This document shows, in pieces, positions 36,601 to 48,666 of a DNA stretch of 64,000 bases (the stretch's first letter is position 1; every line of letters begins with the position of its first letter). Source of the DNA: Balanoglossus misakiensis. Taxonomy: Eukaryota; Animalia; Hemichordata. The DNA lies in the NCBI GenBank assembly GCA_040954595.2, contig CM082577.2, positions 17,563,500 through 17,627,499 on the forward strand, written 5' to 3'. The position numbers and the translations under genes were made by a program. Under the pieces are notes generated by a model. It worked only from the letters and a program-made list of their open reading frames with translations, searched no databases and was not told where the DNA came from.

Positions 36601-39600
36601 TTGATCAGAGTCAATTACAGACCTTGTCATAGCTTCGCAGGATATACATGTACATTGTAGTGTAGATGATTTGAATTGCAAAATAACAGTTTTGATTTTC
36701 CATCTAACCATGGTTATACATGAGAGTGGTTAGTAGTGTTTATTTATTTATGCATTGGTTTTCTTCTGTAAAAACAGTGGAGATTTTCTGTCACTTTTAC
36801 AAGTTATGTATGAATGAGGCAGCATGACCAAGTATGATGGCATTTCTTCCTGCAGTGTTCGTTGTGGTGCAATGGAGTATTACGACAAGAATTATGACAG
36901 GGTATCTACAAAACTTGACAAGAAGTTGAAGAGAGTGAATCGTATCTTCCACAAAGTAACCACTACTGATGACCCTGTCATCAGAAAAGTAAGTATCAGT
37001 GGACATTTTTCCAGTTCTGTTTTCATCAATATCAGTTCTTGAGCACAAGAAGTGTTCTGGAAAACGTTGATTTCCTAAGATTCATAGAAACCATACTAAC
37101 TTCCTCTTGTAAGCACAGAGTATATGTTAATCAATGCAATATTGTGTCAAAACTACTTAGTCCATATCTTAAGAAACATTCAGGTTTTTGTCCATCAGGA
37201 ATTGTTTAAAGCATCTTTGGTAATAATCTATAAGTTGCATAAAAGAGATTCCTAGCAAAATATAAAATATGGAAACTAAATAGCCTGCCACTAACAGATG
37301 AAAACTTTCTTGGCAATAAATTATAAAGAATTAAAAGTTTTAGATTTGTTACAATGAATAAAAGATGATTAATTAAGAAGTCTTGTCATTTGGAAGTCCA
37401 GTGCTGTCAGAAGTTATACACAGGTTAACTACCTCCTTCCTCTTTTTAATTTTTGAGGACAGTTAGAAAATTTTGTTTTGTCAGTCAAAGTAGACAATCG
37501 GTTTGCCAGTCACTTTTTGCTTCACATGTTTTGTATTCCACCATTGTTTTACAGCTAGCTGCCCAGGGCAATGTGTTTGCCACAGACATCATCTTAGCTA
37601 ATCTGATGTGTTGTAATCGCTCAGTGTATTCCTGGGATGTGGTTGTTCAGGTAATAGGATACATTTTTCTGCTCTGCATATTTATTCTAATTGCAGCTGA
37701 TGCTGTTTTGAAGTATCAGACATAAATATATGGTACATATAAGCTGAGTGGGCTGTGAGATCATGAGGGTAACCCGGTAGTTTATTGAGTGCCCAGGTCT
37801 ACAGCATCATTATGCTTAACCCCTTGCATAAAACTTGCATACATGTATGCACTCCCAGTCAGTGATTTCTAATTCATCTATACGTACCTTCAGCTACACT
37901 GATTGTGTATGGATTGTAGTAATGTTGTTTCATGTGTTTCTTCCTTTAGCATGTTGGTGGAAAGCTGTTCTTTGACAAGAGAGATGAATCTGAATTTGGT
38001 AGGTTTCCTCCCCCCCCCCCCCCCCCCCCCACCCACCCACCCACCCATCAACATGTACAGGCACATTCTGGGCTTCTCATTTTGGAGAAAACTCCAGCCA
38101 TACATGTATATTCAAAACAAATTGTTTGAAACCTTCGGTCATTTGTGGCATTGTAATTGGTAGTGAAATGTGTGAAAATGAAAATATCAATGTTTTATAT
38201 TCTGCATTATTTCAGCACTCCAGAAATGTACCATACAGGCAGTTGCTTACAGCATTGGTTTCAAAAATGTTTGCTTAAATTGTAAATGCAGAGAGTAGGT
38301 TTTTACACTTTTATGATCATGATGTGCAATGCCACGTATAAGTAAGTGTTTGCTACTGAAGAATATGGCTGAGTTCCATACTGCAGATTTGTGATAACCA
38401 TGCAAAGGTTATGTAAATGTCTACATGTATCCTGACAGTAACTCCATCAGGGATGTTCTTTTGACATTTGCTTTAAGATGGCAGTTTGACTACCTAATCT
38501 ACACTTTTATTTCAAAATTACCGTTTGCAGTTGGCTGCATCATCCAAGTTGCTTTTTAAGTTCCAATAGGAACAAGAACACTTGTGTGAATGATGACCTG
38601 CAAATCATCATGGTGTAATGAGAAGATTTTTTTTCCATTTCAGATCTACTTACTGTCAATGAAACGGCCACAGAAGCACCACAGGAAGAAGGAAATCACA
38701 TTAATGCACCAAGAAATCTGGCTTTGGAAGCAACATTTGTCAACCACAACTTTTCACAACAATGTTTGAAAATGGTAAGAAAAGTTATATCAATGGAGTG
38801 TCTATTGCTGAGTTTATAGTTCTGATAATATATGCAATATTGATGTGACTGAAAGGTCTTTGTTTGAAAGTCATTGTTTTCGTCTCACAGAACTTTAACC
38901 CTGACCATACACTGACTGTAATTAAATCTCTTGTTTTGTGGTATTTTATATAGTTGGTATGGAATGGGTTAATGTATTCGACACTAGATCTTAAAAAGGA
39001 AGTGCTACTGTTTTTGTACCTTATTTCTTGACTGTCACAGTCTATGGTTAAAAGTAGTTCATGGACAAGAGCCCTTATTCGTGTATTTTTTGGTAAAAAT
39101 GTGAAAATCTGGTTTGTCCGGTGTTTAGTCTATTAATGGTAAATTTTGTTTCTCTTTCTATCTCTTAGAACAGTGAAAAGTATGCATTTGAAAAACCCAA
39201 TCCATTTCAGCAAGATGAATCTGATGGTGAGATTGCATCTGTTGGATACAGGTAAAAATAATGGTATATTGATTAGTGCAGGTGCTTTGTAGCTCATAAA
39301 TGTCAGATGACCTTACAATTGAAATTCTCATTGCATACAAGAAATATATAAAATTACTTGAGATGTCAAATTGACTGTTCAACTGTTTACGTGGTATCAT
39401 TTAGTCTCGGTTACCCAGACGCCTTTGCTTCTTCTGATGCTCTCCAGAAAAGGGTCTGGGGAAATGCTATTGAAAGCTTTGTAAAACAAAATGGCCGATG
39501 TCAGGATTTTGATCATCCGCTGATTGGCTGATCTGTCTGTATGACCCGGGTCACTGACTCTCAACAATGTGTGATTAGTTGTCGTCTCTTCATATCAAGA

Positions 39601-42600
39601 GACCGGTACTTGCTGGTTGATGCGAAAGGCAACAGGCGTCCTCTGTTCGCATTGGTATAGAAATTATACGAAATATCTTTGGTAGACGATTGTCGAAACT
39701 ATTGCAGTGACCCGGGTCATACTGACAGATCAGCCAATCAGCGGATGATCAAAATCCTGAGTATTTCCCCAGACCCTTTTCTGGAGAGCATCGGAAGAAG
39801 CAAAGGCGTCTGGGTAACCGAGACTAGGTATCATTACATGTACATGTACGTGTTCATTTTATAAACGACTTTAAGTTGGAACTGCATTTTACCATGGATA
39901 TTGTGTGGGCTGTTTAAGTGTGATGTCTCCATATGAGACTAGTACAAACATCTGAGACCCATTTGAAACAAAATCTTATTTGTATTCACAACCCAAACAG
40001 GTATCGGAAATGGGATTTGGGTGACGGCATTGAACTGATAGTGCGGTGTGAACATGATGGTGTTATTATTGGATCAAATGGAGAAACGCAATTCTTGAGC
40101 ATTAAGACATTGAATGAATGGGATTCAAAGGTAGCAGTTGACAATTATTGATGCAGATTCTATTATTAGATTGTCAGATGTGTGATAGGAGTGCTCTATT
40201 CTGAAACCGGTTTTTTGTGTTGCATTTTATGTTCTTTGTACTGTGTGTATTCACAGCAATGTTTGTCCACGTATACTGCACCTCCTTCCCCAGGGATTGT
40301 CGGCTGTTGAATTATAAATCAAGTGAAACAAATCCTTTAATACCCACCCATACATACTGTAACTTCTGGGTATTTTTTGAATACTTTTACTTTGTTTATC
40401 AAATACATTTTCTTGTTCTCCTCTCTATAATATACCAACCTGCCAGATTTATGGTTGTCAACCAATCATTTGTATGTGTTCCAATGATTGTCATTGTTAC
40501 ATTAAAATCTTGACTAGAATGCAATTTTTTAAACAATAACATTATTGATTGTGCACACATGGGCTACATGTATGTTGAAAAGTAAAACACTCTGCTTTTA
40601 AGCATGACTCAAAGCAGACGAAGAAGAAACCATGGTTGATACACAAAAGAGACTGAAAAAATCGCCGAAAGTTACAGATAATGGACCCTTAAGTTATATT
40701 AGAGTCGATGAACATTTCTGACTGTTTAATGTTGTTGACTTCTCTAGCAAGTATCTGGTGCAGTTGAATGGAGACAGAAGTTAGATTCACAGCGTGGTGC
40801 TATTCTGGCCACAGAATTGAAGAATAACAGCTTTAAGTTGGCCAAATGGACAACAGTGGCTTTGTTAGCCAACTCTGACCAGCTGAAATTTGGGTGAGTT
40901 GTAGCTGATACTCTGGACCTGGGATTAGATTTCTCACACTTGTCTGGCATATTTTGTTTCACATGAGCTTACAGTGAGACAAAGTATCCCGTACTCGTGT
41001 GAGAAAACTTATCCCAGGTCCTTGGTGTAACATTATGTTTTTCACAAATGCAATGAATCTGCACTAAAAAAGTTGAATTTTTGACTGCATGACTATAACC
41101 TGGCACATTGCACTTCATTGAGCCATTGCAGAACATTTTGCGTGCTCATGTTTATTATCCAATCGATACTCTTGTCATTTAACACTTTCAAATCTGCGAG
41201 AGTGTTGAGTTGATTTTATCTCACACTGTCATTCTCATAATCCCAGCGGCCAGGTCATCTCATATGTTGGAACTACTACTAGGGTACAATGACCAGAGTG
41301 CAGATTGTTTTTATGCATTTTATACAACACACTTGGTACTGTTGTTTTCTAGCATCAAATACACACATACATAGACAAAGATAGTTAGGTTGTACAGTTT
41401 CAAGTTTTAAACAAACTGAAGAAAAGTGTTTCTGTGTTTGAATGACACATTGCTGTCATATTCATAATGAATAATGGTATTGGTAAGGTGTTTGCAATGA
41501 TATGTTCATATCTGAGTCATGTTAGACATTAGAGAGACAGTCAGCAATCTTGCCAGATCATATCTCACTCACTCAGTTTCATGACCAGATAAGAAATATT
41601 GTATTTGTTGAAGTTTGTCTTATGTCATCAACTTACAGAAAGCAAAGATAACATTGACCAATGCACTAATGCAAATTCTTTTGTTGTTTAAGAAAAATGT
41701 AACATTGATTTGTTCAAAAGACTAAATTGAATCCTCTATCTTGTCATAGCTATGTATCCCGTGTGAACCCTAAAGACTCATCAAAGCATGTCATCCTTGG
41801 AACTCAACAATTCAAACCCAGTGAGTTTGCTTCCCAGATCAACTTGAATATGGAGAATGCATGGGGAATCCTTCGCTGTGTAATTGATATTTGTAAGAAA
41901 CTTGATGAAGGGAAATACCTCATCATGAAGGATCCAAATAAGGTAGGCATTGCTGGCGTTCTAAAAGTCAACTGCATCAGTCATTCAAACATTGTCAGAG
42001 CAAATACTTTGCAATGTCACAATTTTTAATTATGGTGAAAATGGGTTTAATATGGAAGTTGATAAGCCCAATTCAGTTCCCATTTCAGTGTTCTATCTTC
42101 GTAGACAAGCTTTTTTATCAGTGTTTTAATTACCATATTAAATGTATGTCTACTCTTCTTAAAGGGGAAATCCGTCGTAGCTGATTTCTACATAATTTGG
42201 TAGCTTTGATGTCACTCTTTCAGAAAAAAACATATTCGCCATGTATAGGTTGCGCGATTTTTTACAAAATCTAGGGAAAGTTCCAATATGGCGTTTACTG
42301 TAATTTGAATCATGGGAAAAAAAGCGCCAGGACCAACTTCCGCCCACCATGGTGTGGGTGATACCATTCTCCGATAGGTGTCACTGGGCGACAGACTAGG
42401 CGTATTTTCATAGCTATTGTTTGTTCTTTGCATCAGTTGATAAACAATCATCAGCAAAGTCGAAAATTTGTCATCTATTGACAGTTTTCATGAGCTATAA
42501 CCCATGGAAAATATGCAAATACGCTTAGCTTGTGACGCAGTGACACCAATCGGAAAATGGTATCACCCACACTAAGGTGGGCGGAAGTTGGTCCTGGCGC

Positions 42601-44871
42601 TTTTTTTCCCATGATTCAAATTACAGTAAACGCCATATTGGAAATTCTGCCAACTTTCCCTAGATTTTGTAAAAAATCGCGCGACCTATACATGGCGAAT
42701 ATGTTTTTTTCTGAAAGAGTGACATCAAAGCTACCAAATTATGTAGAAATCAGCTACGACGGATTTCCCCTTTAATATGTTGATATTTCTGTGGACTTCA
42801 CAAAAGAGAGAGATAATGGGAAGCTGGGGGGGGGGGGGATCTGTTTGGGGAGCACTGGTGTGCAGTCAAGCAATGTTGATCTTTTTCAAGAGGTTTCATT
42901 GCACTTAAGGTGGCACTGCATGAAACCGTCGAGACTTTTTCAGAGGCCTATTTCTCATCAAAGAAAAAGTTAAAACCCCCATAAACCATATATATTCTGG
43001 AAGCTGAGATTTTGAACTTTTGTTTGAGTTGCAAATATTATTGATCCCCGGAAATGGTGGCGATTTTGGGTGAAAAAACCCATTTTTTGATATTATGTCA
43101 TGAAATTTAAAATAGGTAAAAAAGTTGACCGTGCATCATGCATCTTAATATGTCATTCAAAACTAGAGTACACGTGCAAAAAAACGCTAATTTTGTTTTG
43201 CATTATCTGCTTCCATTGAGGAGTAACAGCGTTTAAAAGTTAGATTTTCAGAAAATTTGATCAAATTCACGGTGAGTTGTATTGAATCAGAGTTTATTCC
43301 CGCCAGGGACACTTTATCGACAAACAAAACTAGCGTTTTGTTGGATGGGTCATACACAATCCCCAGTTAAAATTTGAGCAAATTCGGCCAACGCAGAGCG
43401 AAGCTAAATTCTTCTGAAGTTGTCAAGAGCAGCGAAAATGCAAACTGAGAAAAACGGCCATTTGCATTGTTGACACCTATTTGTTAAGCTGTGAACTCAT
43501 TCAGAAAAGTGCTATTTTGGGGTGATTATGCACCATTTCCGCCAAGACGTATTAGTCAGGGTGTGGGTCAGTATAAGGCCTACCGATTTATGTAAAAAAG
43601 TAAAATTTGGCAAAAATCACAACTTTTCATGCAGTGCCACCTTAAGTTTTCAACGTTTTCCAATAAGGTGTACAACAGTTTTCTATGTTTTTTTATGCAT
43701 CTGTCACAGATGCATGGATAAGAATGATTCAAAAGTAGAGTGATGGCAACGATTCCAAGGAGCTGAGGTTTTCTGAAATTGTGCCCTCAAAGGTCATACA
43801 CTAATACTGAAAAATAGAATAGAAAAGCAGTGTCAAATACATTAATATTTCTCCCAAATCATTGTGTATTTTACAGCCTGTAGTACGGGTGTATAGTATC
43901 CCTGATAACACTTTTGAAAGTGATGAAGAAGAAGAAAGTGAAGAGGAAGATGACAATGACGATAATGGTGAGTCAGCAGAGAGTTTGCTATGATCAAGTC
44001 TCAGTCATTTTATAACAGTATCTGATTTATACATCATTTTCCAACCTTACATCATATATCTAAAGTTAAAAGGTACAGTAAAAAAAAAGGGTTGTGGGAG
44101 GCACAATTACTTGACCAAATGGCTTGGTGTGGGCATTGCAACTGTCACGTCTGACTTTCATGCATTTCTGACCTGTGTGATGACCAGGCATGCCACTTCT
44201 CTGGAGTTACAAAGGTTAAACTATGTAACAATACAGGTTTGTTTTCAAATACTAAAGTGCACCTGACAATTTATATGTGATATTTGAAAGTGTGTAATTC
44301 ATCACATGTAGAAATGTCCAGGACAGTGTACCTGCCCATATAAATGTATCTGTCATCGGAGTTTCTTCGACCAATTATTGTGATTGGGTCAGAATGGATA
44401 CACTTGGATTGTGTGTTAAAGCTCCAAAAGCTGTAACTTTTCATTGTTTTCAGTCATTTTGTTTTTGCATATCTGCTGCAGATTCTTATTGATATATGAT
44501 GCACAACACATAGTGTATAGTAAACACTGTTATTGTGCAAAATTCGAATTAAAGCCCGGACTAGAATTCATAACAGTAACTATGACCATGATGTTTGGAG
44601 TTGAGCAAAAAATTGAACAAAAACAAAAATACTGGAAAGCCAAAAGTTACAGCTAATGTCTCTGTAATTGGTGTACACATGTCTGTACTGTGCTCCATTG
44701 CAACACCTCATTCTATATTGCCACCCATCATGCATCTCAACAAGGAAGTTGTGCAATCATTGTGTGTTCATCATTTGCAGCTGTCAATTTGTAAAGTTAT
44801 CCAAGAAATGGCAGTACTTTTTGGTCTCAGCTTCTTTTATTTCTTTGATTTCAGAAGAAGATGATGAATAA
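30612..44871 (+). CDS. EIF3D: Eukaryotic translation initiation factor 3 subunit D (spliced, about 551 aa)
   Basis: Coding exons 30612-30737, 31992-32037, 32306-32442, 33086-33238, 33731-33855, 36856-36988, 37555-37650, 37950-37998, 38644-38774, 39169-39251, 40001-40130, 40748-40893, 41750-41942, 43877-43967, 44855-44871 join in frame. Hallmark eIF3d peptides: GWGP...[68 protein letters not shown], and an acidic tail. Confidence 0.97.
32585..33008. mobile_element. Asymmetric hairpin element (terminal hairpin plus 15-bp inverted repeat), possibly Crypton/tyrosine-recombinase type
   Basis: Hairpin at 32585-32692 and perfect IR TATTATTATACATCT (32693-32707) / AGATGTATAATAATA (32994-33008). CpG-rich compared with the host intron. 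No TSD seen. Confidence 0.7.
34252..36390 (-). mobile_element. Tigger/pogo-family DNA transposon in EIF3D intron 5
   Basis: Perfect 23-bp TIRs CAGTGGACCCTCGCTAAGTCGCG, TA duplications at 34250-34251 and 36391-36392, and subterminal CGCGACTTA-like repeats. Confidence 0.95.
34585..35959 (-). pseudogene. Disrupted Tigger/pogo (CENP-B/Jerky-like) transposase
   Basis: HTH-psq ([16 protein letters not shown]), CENP-B HTH ([11 protein letters not shown]...FEASAGWF), and catalytic segments [23 protein letters not shown] and [18 protein letters not shown]. It is interrupted by an in-frame TGA at codon 4, a TAA at 35447-35449 and frameshifts. Confidence 0.92.
38899..38968. mobile_element. 70-bp piggyBac-like mini-element
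   Basis: TTAA|CCCTGACCATAC...GTATGGAATGGG|TTAA, with an imperfect TIR. Confidence 0.55.
39402..39826. mobile_element. Foldback MITE with TAGTCT...AGACTA ends and 9-bp TSD (EIF3D intron 10)
   Basis: Near-perfect inverted arms with one internal indel. GGTATCATT is duplicated at 39393-39401 and 39827-39835. Confidence 0.92.
42163..42771. mobile_element. Long palindromic MITE with TTAA TSD and AG...CT ends (Kolobok-like)
   Basis: Near-identical inverted arms of about 240 bp beginning AGGGGAAATCCGTCGTAGCTG. TTAA lies at 42159-42162 and 42772-42775. The mirrored ORFs at 42159-42350 (-) and 42557-42775 (+) are an artefact of this palindrome. Confidence 0.92.
42909..43641. mobile_element. Non-autonomous TTAA-flanked DNA transposon (Kolobok-like)
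   Basis: Perfect 17-bp TIR GGTGGCACTGCATGAAA. TTAA lies at 42905-42908 and 43642-43645. Confidence 0.88.
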
Positions 44872-45310
44872 GAAGTCACAGTGCATGCTCTACATGGTTG
44901 GCTGAATTCAGATGCAGGAAATAAATTGTCAAATATCACATAACATCAACTGGGGAAAAAATCATTTGTTTTTGCAGACAATTACGGCAATAAGTTTGTT
45001 GCCACTGGTCTTTTTGTAAACTAAGCCTGGTCACACTCAGTGTTGTATGGTCAATCAATCTGATTGTCTTCTGTCTGCTATTTTTAAGGCTTAATAATAT
45101 ATTCTCCAAACTTGTCTTTAAATGGTGATTACTTTGCCTTATATATTGTAGTCAGTGGATTTTTTTCACCAGTTTAGTTGCTGTAGAATTCCAATTTCCA
45201 GCACCAAATGTATTTGGATTTCAGTTGTCATTAGCACCAGTGGAAGACCATTGTTTTAAAGCTACCATGTTACTCAACTGATGTAGTCATGTGGAAGAAA
45301 AACTAGTCTG

Positions 45311-45316
45311 AATAAA
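45311..45316 (+). terminator. Candidate EIF3D polyadenylation signal (a proximal AATAAA also lies at about 44920)
   Basis: AATAAA followed by a T/GT-rich downstream tract (ttattttttggggtttgtttt). Confidence 0.55.
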
Positions 45317-46690
45317 AATTACTCTGCACTTTATTTTTTGGGGTTTGTTTTATACTGTCATTGAGTTGTTGGTGTGTGGAAGGAGTGAATTGAATGTACA
45401 ATGAAACCTGTCACAACAGATACCTATGGAATCACTGTGTATAATTTCCCTTCAAAGACTCAAAGAATTTGCTATTCCCAAATAGACATGCTTGTTAAGC
45501 CCATTGATATCAAGTTTATTAAAAGGGCAAAGTTGCTCATATTTGACAATTGGGTTATTGTTGTTTGGTTTGATAGCTTACAATTATATGCTGTTTAATT
45601 CACTGAAATATGCTAAGTGAGTGTGGTGGTTACAACTCTTCTTACACTGTATATGGCCATAATATTTGAAAACAGCTAAGACACAATTTGGGGTATTTGA
45701 CCAAAAATTAAATGAGTCAAGTAGTCAGGTGTTATATTCATATAAATGGTGTGAGTTGAGTTGTGAAAACTGATCATTGAGCTACCAAAAGTAACTATTC
45801 AAAATAACCAAAACAATGTCAAATATGAGAGACTTGGTCCATTTTCGCTTTCCCCACCATGATTTGGTCAAAACCCATTGTTTTCTATGGAAGTGTCGGA
45901 TCTCTATAGAGGAAATTGGGAGTTAAAGGGTTCAATATGACCACCTGCAGAAATCTGACCTCGTATATTATGGATGCTGTAGAGTAAATCTATCAGGTGA
46001 CTGGGAGGACGACCACTTCCTTCTGGTGAGTCTGTGTATTGGCTTTAATCTGCATCATTTTGTATATGGCAATAGAAAATGAGCAAATTATCAATAACAA
46101 GTCGGAATACTTAGTGTAGAGTACTTATTCTCTCCAGCCAGAGCATTATTACTGCTCCACAATGCTGCAAAAGAACAAAAACAGTTACACATGTACCTGT
46201 AAAGGAGGCCATGTTAAATGACAATCATACTTTTTTTGTGAGTAATGCTGTATGAAATGAGGTGATTTATTCTGTGGGACCACACTAAGTGTGTTGGCAT
46301 GCAAATATCTTACAAAAATCTTGTATGTAAGTAGTTTGTGATTTGGATAATATTCCTTTATCACTGATACCTATGAATTCAAAAGAGCATTTGTGTTTGT
46401 GTGGACGGGTATGGCTAATTTGAATGTGATAGTTCATTATGCTTTAAATAATTACTCCAGACAGTGCATTATGGGGAGTTTCTTAGGTATGTTGTGAAAA
46501 AAGGGAAAATTTTCTCAAATCCGCCTTTGCAAAGGCCCATGCCAGATTCTAATATGCATTTAAAAAGAAGTGACGGTTAATAGACCGATTCTACCACAGA
46601 TTGCCAGGGAGCAAATACAACCACATGTATACCGTTTGTGTAATGGAGCGCCACCTAGCGACTGATTGTTCGTGCTTATATGTCACCTTA

Positions 46691-48666
46691 GGGACCGTTC
46701 AGTTTTTACGGCCGGGGGGAGGGGCGGCAAGTTTGTGTCATCGGTTTTCAAAATCAGGCCGACCCCCCCTCACCCACGACCAAAAAATGATGACCCCCCC
46801 CCCTTTGACAGGCCCAAAAATATGATGACCCCCCCCCCCCCCCACGCCGAAAACATTCGCCGTCCTGATCCTATGTACACTGTATGCAATAAAGGGAATG
46901 AGGCTCCTCACACCTCAATTCTAAATTTCTTAAAGTAATTGAAGTATATAATAGTATATCGTTGCAATATTGGTAAAACAAGAAAAATGGAGGGGGTGGG
47001 TGTGGGAGGGGTGCCCCCCTCCTACATAAGATAATTTTGTAAAATACGGTGCTGAAAGTTGCATTTTAATGAACTCAAACGCAATTTAACTCAATGTTAG
47101 GCAGGACAAAGTTTAATTTTGCCACACCACTCAAAGTAAGCATGGGGGTGGGGTGGCAAGAAGTCCGCCCTGGTACACTAGACAAACCAGCGAATAAATG
47201 ATATGTGGCGAAGAATGGAGGGGGTGGGTGAAAAGAAAATTTTGTAAAATATGTAGCTCAAAGTTGCATTTTAATGAACTCAAAAGCAAATTATCTCAAT
47301 GTTTGGGAGGACCAATTTTACTTTTTGCCACTCCACTCAAAGTTCGAAGATTTGGCGTCATCTTGTCATGACATCATTTATAAAACTTCTAGTATATAGA
47401 AGATGCAGCGCGAAACTATCAGTTATGCGAAATGGTTTAAACGATTATTCTCCTTTATGTTTTTATTTTGTTAAATATTATCATCGGTGGGGTTGGGGTG
47501 GCAAGCACTCTGCCTTGGTACACTAGACAAACTAGCAAAAATGAAATGTGGTGGAGAATGAAGGGGTGGGTGTGGGGGTGTCCCCCTCCCACATTAGAAA
47601 ATTTTGTAAAATAAAAGGCGCGAAACTGCAATTTTGTGGACTCAAAAGCAAAAGTTCGGTGGCAAAAGTACTTGGAAATCAAAGAACTATGTAGACTAGG
47701 TTTCATGGTTGATTATGTGGTATGTCGAACATACACCAATATGGCTGCATTCACAAACACCTCTGGAGGGGGGGGGGGCGGGAGAATTGAGGGGGATTTG
47801 AAAAAATTGAGGGTATGTAGGGGGGGATTTGAAATAATTTAGGGACTGAAAGGGGGGGACTTGAAAACTTTGAGGACTAAATATTTATTTTGAGTCCACA
47901 AAAATGCAGTTTTGAACCCTTCATAATACAAAACTTTCTAATGTGGGAGGGGGACACCCCCTCCCACACCCACCCCGTCATTCATCAACACCTTTCAATC
48001 ATTGACTGGTTTATCTAGTGCCCCAGGTCAGGGGACTTGCCCCCCCCCCCACCACCCCCCCCCCCCTTTTAACTTTGAGCAGGGAAGGTTATATTTGTCC
48101 TCCCCAACATTCCGGTAGTTGAGTTAATTTGCTTTTGGGGTCATTAAAATGCAGCTTTGAGCTCTGTATTTTATAAAATTTTCTTACGTGGGAGGGGGAC
48201 ACCCCTCCCAAACCAACCCCCTTCACTTCTCAGTTTACAATGTCTGCCAACACAGAATACAACAACTTAAGAAATATAAACAATGTTCAGTTTTAATACC
48301 CAATGATGAGGGGAAACATCAGTTTCAAATTCTTTTCATGGGAGCGCCGTTTTTCTTTTTTACAAGATAGATAGGTGATGTGTTTTGCTGTGTGAAAGAA
48401 AATTGGGGGGGGATTTCAAAATTTTAGCAGTTCGGAAGGGGGGATTTGAAAATATTTCGGGTTGTTGAGGGGGGCATGTGAAAATTAACGGTAAAAAAAA
48501 TTGAATTCTCCCGCCCCCCCCTCCAGAGGTGTTTGTGAATGCAGCCTATCTGACAAAGTGGGACACATTTTAGAAAAGTAATTTCGAGGGGGGGTTGCCT
48601 TTTACATTTAGTCGGCGACTCAAATTCCACCGGCCCCCCCCCTCCCTGTAAAAAATGAATGCTCCC
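46691..48666. mobile_element. Outer GGG-ended non-autonomous element carrying tandem units of about 230 bp
   Basis: Left end GGGACCGTTCAGTTTTTAC versus reverse-complemented right end GGGAGCATTCATTTTTTAC (16/19 match). Both are followed by G-runs and flanked by TA. Internal repeated units lie at about 46985-47650. Confidence 0.65.
47743..48546. mobile_element. Non-autonomous element with GGC ends and 3-bp TSD (PIF/Harbinger-like), nested in another element
   Basis: [38 protein letters not shown] is duplicated at 47740-47742 and 48547-48549. Confidence 0.85.

Noticed and set aside
42159-42775. Two ORFs with identical C-termini on opposite strands
   Set aside because: Artefact of the palindromic MITE.
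44177-44266. Possible intronic box C/D snoRNA (GTGATGA...CTGA) in EIF3D intron 14
   Set aside because: The terminal stem is negligible, there are no clear C'/D' boxes, and I recognise no rRNA-complementary guide. A snoscan or Rfam search would be decisive.
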